This document shows positions 1 through 12,000 of a stretch of 64,000 nt of DNA, one piece after another; positions within the stretch are counted from its first letter, which is position 1; every line of letters starts with the position of its first letter. The notes under the pieces were generated by a model. It was not told where the DNA came from. It saw nothing but the letters and a program-made list of their open reading frames with translations, and searched no databases. The stretch lies in the NCBI RefSeq assembly GCF_009914755.1, contig NC_060925.1. One strand, written 5' to 3'. Both the position numbers and the translations under genes were made by a program. This DNA comes from the human T2T-CHM13v2.0 reference genome, Homo sapiens.

Positions 1-102
1 GGAATCAAAAATAACCATCATCAATTGGTATTGAATGGAATTGTCATCAAATGGAATTCAAAGGAATCATCATCAAATGGAACCGAATGGAATCCTCATT
101 GA

Positions 103-1044
103 ATGGAAATGAAAGGGGTCATCATCTAATGGAATCGCATGGAATCATCATCAAATGGAATCGAATGGAATCATCATCAAATGGAATCTAATGGAATCAT
201 TGAACAGAATTGAATGGAATCGTCATCGAATGAATTGAATGCAATCATCGAATGGTCTCGAATGGAATCATCTTCTAATGGAAAGGAATGGAATCATCGC
301 ATAGAATCGAATGGAATTATCATCGAATGGAATCGAATGGTATCAACACCAAACGGAAAAAAACGGAATTATCGAATGGAATCGAAGAGAATCTTCGAAC
401 GGACCCGAATGGAATCATCTAATGGAATGGAATGGAATAATCCATGGACTCGAATGCAATCATCATCGAATGGAATGGAATGGAATCATCGAATGGACTC
501 GAATGGAATAATCATTGAACGGAATCGAATGGAATCATCATCGGATGGAAACGAATGGAATCATCATCGAATGGAAATGAAAGGAGTCATCATCTAATGG
601 AATTGCATGGAATCATCATAAAATGGAATCGAATGGAATCAACATCAAATGGAATCAAATGGAATCATTGAACGGAATTGAATGGAATCGTCATCGAATG
701 AATTGACTGCAATCATCGAATGGTCTCGAATGGAATCATCTTCAAATGGAATGGAATGGAATCATCGCATAGAATCGAATGGAATTATCATCGAATGGAA
801 TCGAATGGAATCAACATCAAACGGAAAAAAACGGAATTATCGAATGGAATCGAAGAGAATCATCGAATGGACCCGAATGGAATCATCTAATGGAATGGAA
901 TGGAATAATCCATGGACTCGAATGCAATCATCATCGAATGGAATCGAATGGAATCATCGAATGGACTCGAATGGAATAATCATTGAACGGAATCGAATGG
1001 AATCATCATCGGATGGAAATGAATGGAATCATCATCGAATGGAA
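103..1044 (+). repeat. Internal 468 bp direct duplication within the unit (sub-repeat A ~103-570, sub-repeat B ~571-1044)
   Basis: ATGGAAATGAAAGGGGTCATCATCTAATGG at 103 and ATGGAAATGAAAGGAGTCATCATCTAATGG at 571. Near-identical ORFs lie at 214 and 682 (offset 468). Diagnostic A/B differences include TTCTAATGGAAAGG vs TTCAAATGGAATGG, GGTATCAACACC vs GGAATCAACATC, and ATCTTCGAACGG vs ATCATCGAATGG. Confidence 0.93.
189..199 (+). promoter_or_regulatory. Candidate DUX4-type double-homeobox motif TAATGGAATCA (a second copy at 1122-1132; repeated in most units)
   Basis: The sequence fits the relaxed DUX4 consensus TAAYBBAATCA, and DUX4 is known to bind and induce transcription of HSATII. Binding at these particular copies is not shown by the sequence. 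Confidence 0.4.
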
Positions 1045-1776
1045 TCGAATAGAATTATGGAATGAAATCCAGTGTGATCATCATCGAATGGACCCGAATG
1101 GAATCATCATCCAACGGAAGCTAATGGAATCAACATCGAATGAATCGAATGGAAACACCATCGAATTGAAACGAATGGAATTATCATGAAATTGAAATGG
1201 ATGGACTCATCATCGAATGGATTCGAATGGAATCATCGAATAAAATTGATTGAAATCATCATCAAATGGAATCGAATGGTATCATTGAATGGAATCGAAT
1301 GGAATCATCATCAGATGGAAATGAATGGAATCGTCATAGAATGGAATCGAATGGATTCATTGAATGGAATCAGATGGAATCATCGAATGGACTGGAATGG
1401 AATCATTGAATGGACTCGAAAGGGATCATGATTGAATGGAATTGAATGGAATCATCGAATGGTCTCGATTGGAATCATTATCAAATGGAATCGAATGGAA
1501 TCACCGAATAGAATCGAATGGAACAATCATCGAATGGACTCAAATGGAATTATCCTCAAATGGAATCGAATGGAATTATCGAATGCAATCGAATGGAATT
1601 ATCGAATGCAATCGAATAGAATCATCGAATGGACTCGAATGGAATCATCGAATGGAATGGAATGGAACAGTCAATGAACTCGAATGGAATCATCATTGAA
1701 TGGAATCGAATGGAATCATCGAGTGGAATCGAATGGAATTATGATCAAATGGAATCGAATGTAATCATCATCAAAT

Positions 1777-3084
1777 GGAATCAAAAATAACCATCATCAA
1801 TTGGTATTGAATGGAATTGTCATCAAATGGAATTCAAAGGAATCATCATCAAATGGAACCGAATGGAATCCTCATTGAATGGAAATGAAAGGGGTCATCA
1901 TCTAATGGAATCGCATGGAATCATCATCAAATGGAATCGAATGGAATCATCATCAAATGGAATCTAATGGAATCATTGAACAGAATTGAATGGAATCGTC
2001 ATCGAATGAATTGAATGCAATCATCGAATGGTCTCGAATGGAATCATCTTCTAATGGAAAGGAATGGAATCATCGCATAGAATCGAATGGAATTATCATC
2101 GAATGGAATCGAATGGTATCAACACCAAACGGAAAAAAACGGAATTATCGAATGGAATCGAAGAGAATCTTCGAACGGACCCGAATGGAATCATCTAATG
2201 GAATGGAATGGAATAATCCATGGACTCGAATGCAATCATCATCGAATGGAATGGAATGGAATCATCGAATGGACTCGAATGGAATAATCATTGAACGGAA
2301 TCGAATGGAATCATCATCGGATGGAAATGAATGGAATCATCATCGAATGGAATCGAATAGAATTATGGAATGAAATCCAGTGTGATCATCATCGAATGGA
2401 CCCGAATGGAATCATCATCCAACGGAAGCTAATGGAATCAACATCGAATGAATCGAATGGAAACACCATCGAATTGAAACGAATGGAATTATCATGAAAT
2501 TGAAATGGATGGACTCATCATCGAATGGATTCGAATGGAATCATCGAATAAAATTGATTGAAATCATCATCCAATGGAATCGAATGGTATCATTGAATGG
2601 AATCGAATGGAATCATCATCAGATGGAAATGAATGGAATCGTCATAGAATGGAATCGAATGGATTCATTGAATGGAATCAGATGGAATCATCGAATGGAC
2701 TGGAATGGAATCATCGAATGGACTCGAAAGGGATCATGATTGAATGGAATTGAATGGAATCATCGAATGGTCTCGATTGGAATCATTATCAAATGGAATC
2801 GAATGGAATCCCCGAATAGAATCGAATGGAACAATCATCGAATGGACTCAAATGGAATTATCCTCAAATGGAATCGAATGGAATTATCGAATGCAATCGA
2901 ATGGAATTATCGAATGCAATCGAATAGAATCATCGAATGGACTCGAATGGAATCATCGAATGGAATGGAATGGAACAGTCAATGAACGCGAATGGAATCA
3001 TCATTGAATGGAATCGAATGGAATCATCGAGTGGAATCGAATGGAATTATGATCAAATGGAATCGAATGTAATCCTCATCAAAT
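1777..3084 (+). repeat. 1,308 bp variant unit (one 468 bp sub-repeat lost; A/B hybrid)
   Basis: Landmark spacing is 1308 = 1776-468. A-type markers run up to ~2255, and the B-type tail (GGAAATGAATGG...GAATAGAATTATGG) starts from ~2325. Confidence 0.92.
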
Positions 3085-6000
3085 GGAATCAAAAATAACC
3101 ATCATCAATTGGTATTGAATGGAATTGTCATCAAATGGAATTCAAAGGAATCATCATCAAATGGAACAGAATGGAATCCTCATTGAATGGAAATGAAAGG
3201 GGTCATCATCTAATGGAATCGCATGGAATCATCATCAAATGGAATCGAATGGAATCATCATCAAATGGAATCTAATGGAATCATTGAACAGAATTGAATG
3301 GAATCGTCATCGAATGAATTGAATGCAATCATCGAATGGTCTCGAATGGAATCATCTTCTAATGGAAAGGAATGGAATCATCGCATAGAATCGAATGGAA
3401 TTATCATCGAATGGAATCGAATGGTATCAACACCAAACGGAAAAAAACGGAATTATCGAATGGAATCGAAGAGAATCTTCGAACGGACCCGAATGGAATC
3501 ATCTAATGGAATGGAATGGAATAATCCATGGACTCGAATGCAATCATCATCGAATGGAATCGAATGGAATCATCGAATGGACTCGAATGGAATAATCATT
3601 GAACGGAATCGAATGGAATCATCATCGGATGGAAACGAATGGAATCATCATCGAATGGAAATGAAAGGAGTCATCATCTAATGGAATTGCATGGAATCAT
3701 CATAAAATGGAATCGAATGGAATCAACATCAAATGGAATGAAATGGAATCATTGAACGGAATTGAATGGAATCGTCATCGAATGAATTGACTGCAATCAT
3801 CGAATGGTCTCGAATGGAATCATCTTCAAATGGAATGGAATGGAATCATCGCATAGAATCGAATGGAATTATCATCGAATGGAATCGAATGGAATCAACA
3901 TCCAACGGAAAAAAACGGAATTATCGAATGGAATCGAAGAGAATCATCGAATGGACCCGAATGGAATCATCTAATGGAATGGAATGGAATAATCCATGGA
4001 CTCGAATGCAATCATCATCGAATGGAATCGAATGGAATCATCGAATGGACTCGAATGGAATAATCATTGAACGGAATCGAATGGAATCATCATCGGATGG
4101 AAATGAATGGAATCATCATCGAATGGAATCGAATAGAATTATGGAATGAAATCCAGTGTGATCATCATCGAATGGACCCGAATGGAATCATCATCCAACG
4201 GAAGCTAATGGAATCAACATCGAATGAATCGAATGGAAACACCATCGAATTGAAACGAATGGAATTATCATGAAATTGAAATGGATGGACTCATCATCGA
4301 ATGGATTCGAATGGAATCATCGAATAAAATTGATTGAAATCATCATCCAATGGAATCGAATGGTATCATTGAATGGAATCGAATGGAATCATCATCAGAT
4401 GGAAATGAATGGAATCGTCATAGAATGGAATCGAATGGATTCATTGAATGGAATCAGATGGAATCATCGAATGGACTGGAATGGAATCATTGAATGGACT
4501 CGAAAGGGATCATTATTGAATGGAATTGAATGGAATCATCGAATGGTCTCGATTGGAATCATTATCAAATGGAATCGAATGGAATCACCGAATAGAATCG
4601 AATGGAACAATCATCGAATGGACTCAAATGGAATTATCCTCAAATGGAATCGAATGGAATTATCGAATGCAATCGAATGGAATTATCGAATGCAATCGAA
4701 TAGAATCATCGAATGGACTCGAATGGAATCATCGAATGGAATGGAATGGAACAGTCAATGAACTCGAATGGAATCATCATTGAATGGAATCGAATGGAAT
4801 CATCGAATGGAATCGAATGGAATTATGATCAAATGGAATCGAATATAATCATCATCAAATGGAATCAAAAATAACCATCATCAATTGGTATTGAATGGAA
4901 TTCTCATCAAATGGAATTCAAAGGAGTCATCATCAAATGGAACTGAATGGAATCCTCATTGAATGGAAATGAAAGGGGTCATCATCTAATGGAATCGCAT
5001 GGAATCATCATCAAATGGAATCGAATGGAATCATCATCAAATGGAATCTGATGGAATCATTGAACAGAATTGAATGGAATCGTCATCGAATGAATTGAAT
5101 GCAATCATCGAATGGTCTCGAATGTAATCACATTCTAATGGAAAGGAATGGAATCATCGCATAGAATCGAATGGAATTAACATTGAATGGACTCGAATGG
5201 AATCAACATCAAACGGAATCAAGCGGAATTATCGAATGGAATCGAAGAGAATCATCGAATGGTCTCGAATGGAATCATCTTCTAATGGAAAGGAATGGAA
5301 TCATCGCAAAGAATCGAATGGAATTAACATTGAATGGACTCGAATGGAATCAACATCAAATGGAATCAAACGGAATTATCGAATGAAATCGAAGAGAATC
5401 ATTGAATGGACTCGAATGGAATCATCTAATGGAATGGAATGGAATAATCCACGGACTCGAATGCAATCATCATCGTATAGAATCGAATGGAATCATCGAA
5501 TGGACTCGAATGGAATAACCATTGAACGGAATCGAATGGAATCATCATCGGATGGAAACGAATGGAATCATCATCGAATGGAAATGAAAGGAGTCATCAT
5601 CTAATGGAATTGCATGGAATCATCATCAAATGGAATCGAATGGAATCAACATCAAATGGAATCAAATGGAATCATTGAACGGAATTGAATGGAATCGTCT
5701 CGAATGAATTGACTGCAATCATCGAATGGTCTCGAATGGAATCATCTTCAAATGGAATGGAATGGAATCATCGCATAGAATCGAATGGAATTATCATCGA
5801 ATGGAATCGAATGGAATCAACATCAAACGGAAAAAAACGGAATTATCAAATGGAATCGAAGAGAATCATCGAATGGACCCGAATGGAATCATCTAATGGA
5901 ATGGAATGGAATAATCCATGGACTCGAATGCAATCATCATCGAATGGAATCGAATGGAATCATCGAATGGACTCGAATGGAATAATCATTGAACGGAATC

Positions 6001-9000
6001 GAATGGAATCATCATCGGATGGAAATGAATGGAATCATCATCGAATGGAATCGAATAGAATTATGGAATGAAATCCAGTGTGATCATCATCGAATGGACC
6101 CGAATGGAATCATCATCCAACGGAAGCTAATGGAATCAACATCGAATGAATCAAATGGAAACACCATCGAATTGAAACGAATGGAATTATCATGAAATTG
6201 AAATGGATGGACTCATCATCGAATGGATTCGAATGGAATCATCGAATAAAATTGATTGAAATCATCATCGAATGGAATCGAGTGGTATCATTGAATGGAA
6301 TCGAATGGAATCAACATCAGATGGAAATGAATGGAATCGTCATAGAATGGAATCGAATGGATTCATTGAATGGAATCAGATGGAATCATCGAATGGACTG
6401 GAATGGAATCATTGAATGGACTCGAAAGGGATCATGATTGAATGGAATTGAATGGAATCATCGAATGGTCTCGATTGGAATCATTATCAAATGGAATCGA
6501 ATGGAATCACCGAATAGAATCGAATGGAACAATCATCGAATGGACTCAAAAGGAATTATCCTCAAATGGAATCGAATGGAATTATCGAATGCAATCGAAT
6601 GGAATTATCGAATGCAATCGAATAGAATGATCGAATGGACTCGAATGGAATCATCGAATGGAATGGAATGGAACAGTCAATGAACTCGAATGGAATCATC
6701 ATTGAATGGAATCGAATGGAATCATCGAGTGGAATCGAATGGAATTATGATCAAATGGAATCGAATGTAATCATCATCAAATGGAATCAAAAATAACCAT
6801 CATCAATTGGTATTGAATGGAATTGTCATCAAATGGAATTCAAAGGAATCATCATCAAATGGAACCGAATGGAATCCTCATTGAATGGAAATGAAAGGGG
6901 TCATCATCTAATGGAATCGCATGGAATCATCATCAAATGGAATCGAATGGAATCATCATCAAATGGAATCTAATGGAATCATTGAACAGAATTGAATGGA
7001 ATCGTCATCGAATGAATTGAATGCAATCATCGAATGGTCTCGAATGGAATCATCTTCTAATGCAAAGGAATGGAATCATCGCATAGAATCGAATGGAATT
7101 ATCATCGAATGGAATCGAATTGTATCAACACCAAACGGAAAAAAACGGAATTATCGAATGGAATCGAAGAGAATCTTCGAACGGACCCGAATGGAATCAT
7201 CTAATGGAATGGAATGGAATAATCCATGGACTCGAATGCAATCATCATCGAATGGAATCGAATGGAATCATCGAATGGACTCGAATGGAATAATCATTGA
7301 ACGGAATCGAATGGAATCATCATCGGATGGAAACGAATGGAATCATCATCGAATGGAAATGAAAGGAGTCATCATCTAATGGAATTGCATGGAATCATCA
7401 TAAAATGGAATCGAATGGAATCAACATCAAATGGAATCAAATGGAATCATTGAACGGAATTGAATGGAATCGTCATCGAATGAATTGACTGCAATCATCG
7501 AATGGTCTCGAATGGAATCATGTTCAAATGGAATGGAATGGAATCATCGCATAGAATCGAATGGAATTATCATCGAATGGAATCGAATGGAATCAACATC
7601 AAACGGAAAAAAACGGAATTATCGAATGGAATCGAAGAGAATCATCGAATGGACCCGAATGGAATCATCTAATGGAATGGAATGGAATAATCCATGGACT
7701 CGAATGCAATCATCATCGAATGGAATCGAATGGAATCATCGAATGGACTCGAATGGAATAATCATTGAACGGAATCGAATGGAATCATCATCGGATGGAA
7801 ATGAATGGAATCATCATCGAATGGAATCGAATAGAATTATGGAATGAAATCCAGTGTGATCATCATCGAATGGACCCGAATGGAATCATCATCCAACGGA
7901 AGCTAATGGAATCAACATCGAATGAATCGAATGGAAACACCATCGAATTGAAACGAATGGAATTATCATGAAATTGAAATGGATGGACTCATCATCGAAT
8001 GGATTCGAATCGAATCATCGAATAAAATTGATTGAAATCATCATCAAATGGAATCGAATGGTATCATTGAATGGAATCGAATGGAATCATCATCAGATGG
8101 AAATGAATGGAATCGTCATAGAATGGAATCGAATGGATTCATTGAATGGAATCAGATGGAATCATCGAATGGACTGGAATGGAATCATTGAATGGACTCG
8201 AAAGGGATCATTATTGAATGGAATTGAATGGAATCATCGAATGGTCTCGATTGGAATCATTATCAAATGGAATCGAATGGAATCACCGAATAGAATCGAA
8301 TGGAACAATCATCGAATGGACTCAAATGGAATTATCCTCCAATGGAATCGAATGGAATTATCGAATGCAATCGAATGGAATTATCGAATGCAATCGAATA
8401 GAATCATCGAATGGACTCGAATGGAATCATCGAATGGAATGGAATGGAACAGTCAATGAACTCGAATGGAATCATCATTGAATGGAATCGAATGGAATCA
8501 TCGAATGGAATCGAATGGAATTATGATCAAATGGAATCGAATATAATCATCATCAAATGGAATCAAAAATAACCATCATCAATTGGTATTGAATGGAATT
8601 CTCATCAAATGGAATTCAAAGGAGTCATCATCAAATGGAACTGAATGGAATCCTCATTGAATGGAAATGAAAGGGGTCATCATCTAATGGAATCGCATGG
8701 AATCATCATCAAATGGAATCGAATGGAATCATCATCAAATGGAATCTGATGGAATCATTGAACAGAATTGAATGGAATCGTCATCGAATGAATTGAATGC
8801 AATCATCGAATGGTCTCGAATGTAATCACATTCTAATGGAAAGGAATGGAATCATCGCATAGAATCGAATGGAATTAACATTGAATGGACTCGAATGGAA
8901 TCAACATCAAACGGAATCAAGCGGAATTATCGAATGGAATCGAAGAGAATCATCGAATGGTCTCGAATGGAATCATCTTCTAATGGAAAGGAATGGAATC

Positions 9001-12000
9001 ATCGCATAGAATCGAATGGAATTAACATTGAATGGACTCGAATGGAATCAACATCAAATGGAATCAAACGGAATTATCGAATGAAATCGAAGAGAATCAT
9101 TGAATGGACTCGAATGGAATCATCTAATGGAATGGAATGGAATAATCCACGGACTCGAATGCAATCATCATCGTATAGAATCGAATGGAATCATCGAATG
9201 GACTCGAATGGAATAACCATTGAACGGAATCGAGTGGAATCATCATCGGATGGAAACGAATGGAATCATCATCGAATGGAAATGAAAGGAGTCATCATCT
9301 AATGGAATTGCATGGAATCATCATAAAATGGAATCGAATGGAATCAACATCAAATGGAATCAAATGGAATCATTGAACGGAATTGAATGGAATCGTCTCG
9401 AATGAATTGACTGCAATCATCGAATGGTCTCGAATGGAATCATCTTCAAATGGAATGGAATGGAATCATCGCATAGAATCGAATGGAATTATCATCGAAT
9501 GGAATCGAATGGAATCAACATCAAACGGAAAAAAACGGAATTATCAAATGGAATCGAAGAGAATCATCGAATGGACCCGAATGGAATCATCTAATGGAAT
9601 GGAATGGAATAATCCATGGACTCGAATGCAATCATCATCGAATGGAATCGAATGGAATCATCGAATGGACTCGAATGGAATAATCATTGAACGGAATCGA
9701 ATGGAATCATCATCGGATGGAAATGAATGGAATCATCATCGAATGGAATCGAATAGAATTATGGAATGAAATCCAGTGTGATCATCATCGAATGGACCCG
9801 AATGGAATCATCATCCAACGGAAGCTAATGGAATCAACATCGAATGAATCAAATGGAAACACCATCGAATTGAAACGAATGGAATTATCATGAAATTGAA
9901 ATGGATGGACTCATCATCGAATGGATTCGAATGGAATCATCGAATAAAATTGATTGAAATCATCATCGAATGGAATCGAGTGGTATCATTGAATGGAATC
10001 GAATGGAATCAACATCAGATGGAAATGAATGGAATCGTCATAGAATGGAATCGAATGGATTCATTGAATGGAATCAGATGGAATCATCGAATGGACTGGA
10101 ATGGAATCATTGAATGGACTCGAAAGGGATCATGATTGAATGGAATTGAATGGAATCATCGAATGGTCTCGATTGGAATCATTATCAAATGGAATCGAAT
10201 GGAATCACCGAATAGAATCGAATGGAACAATCATCGAATGGACTCAAATGGAATTATCCTCAAATGGAATCGAATGGAATTATCGAATGCAATCGAATGG
10301 AATTATCGAATGCAATCGAATAGAATCATCGAATGGACTCGAATGGAATCATCGAATGGAATGGAATGGAACAGTCAATGAACTCGAATGGAATCATCAT
10401 TGAATGGAATCGAATGGAATCATCGAGTGGAATCGAATGGAATTATGATCAAATGGAATCGAATGTAATCATCATCAAATGGAATCAAAAATAACCATCA
10501 TCAATTGGTATTGAATGGAATTGTCATCAAATGGAATTCAAAGGAATCATCATCAAATGGAACCGAATGGAATCCTCATTGAATGGAAATGAAAGGGGTC
10601 ATCATCTAATGGAATCGCATGGAATCATCATCAAATGGAATCGAATAGAATCATCATCAAATGGAATCTAATGGAATCATTGAACAGAATTGAATGGAAT
10701 CGTCATCGAATGAATTGAATGCAATCATCGAATGGTCTCGAATGGAATCATCTTCTAATGGAAAGGAATGGAATCATCGCATAGAATCGAATGGGATTAT
10801 CATCGAATGGAATCGAATGGTATCAACACCAAACGGAAAAAAACGGAATTATCGATTGGAATCGAAGAGAATCTTCGAACGGACCCGAATGGAATCATCT
10901 AATGGAATGGAATGGAATAATCCATGGACTCGAATGCAATCATCATCGAATGGAATCGAATGGAATCATCGAATGGACTCGAATGGAATAATCATTGAAC
11001 GGAATCGATTGGAATCATCATCGGATGGAAACGAATGGAATCATCATGGAATGGAAATGAAAGGAGTCATCATCTAATGGAATTGCATGGAATCATCATA
11101 AAATGGAATCGAATGGAAACAACATCAAATGGAATCAAATGGAATCATTGAACGGAATTGAATGGAATCGTCATCGAATGAATTGACTGCAATCATCCAA
11201 TGGTCTCGAATGGAATCATCTTCAAATGGAATGGAATGGAATCATCGCATAGAATCGAATGGAATTATCATCGAATGGAATCGAATGGAATCAACATCCA
11301 ACGGAAAAAAACGGAATTATCGAATGGAATCGAAGAGAATCATCGAATGGACCCGAATGGAATCATCTAATGGAATGGAATGGAATAATCCATGGACTCG
11401 AATGCAATCATCATCGAATGGAATCGAATGGAATCATCGAATGGACTCGAATGGAATAATCATTGAACGGAATCGAATGGAATCATCATCGGATGGAAAT
11501 GAATGGAATCATCATCGAATGGAATCGAATAGAATTATGGAATGAAATCCAGTGTGATCATCATCGAATGGACCCGAATGGAATCATCATCCAACGGAAG
11601 CTAATGGAATCAACATCGAATGAATCGAATGGAAACACCATCGAATTGAAACGAATGGAATTATCATGAAATTGAAATGGATGCACTCATCATCGAATGG
11701 ATTCGAATGGAATCATCGAATAAAATTGATTGAAATCATCATCAAATGGAATCGAATGGTATCATTGAATGGAATCGAATGGAATCATCATCAGATGGAA
11801 ATGAATGGAATCGTCATAGAATGGAATCGAATGGATTCATTGAATGGAATCAGATGGAATCATCGAATGGACTGGAATGGAATCATTGAATGGACTCGAA
11901 AGGGATCATTATTGAATGGAATTGAATGGAATCATCGAATGGTCTCGATTGGAATCATTATCAAATGGAATCGAATGGAATCACCGAATAGAATCGAATG

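Larger units (their letters stand above)
1..1776 (+). repeat. Canonical 1,776 bp HSat2 higher-order repeat unit (reference copy)
   Basis: Landmark at 1 and 1777, and ORF-track starts at 214 and 1990, differ by 1776. 18 of 37 complete intervals have exactly this length. Confidence 0.95.

Noticed and set aside
386-400. GAAnnTTC heat-shock-element-like motif (AGAATCTTCG) in A sub-repeats
   Set aside because: Only two inverted nGAAn units are present, short of the three of a canonical HSE, and such matches are expected by chance in GAA-rich satellite.
4270-4761. 163 aa longer ORF produced by a TGA/TTA polymorphism (GGGATCATGATT vs GGGATCATTATT)
   Set aside because: It is a single satellite variant segregating among units. 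Read-through joins two repeat-derived frames and gives no evidence of selection for a protein.
5104-5250. Duplication length of 147 bp equals nucleosome core DNA length
   Set aside because: The length is explained by the spacing of two AATCATCGAATGG homologies in the unit. It is a single event, so coincidence cannot be excluded and no functional inference is justified.
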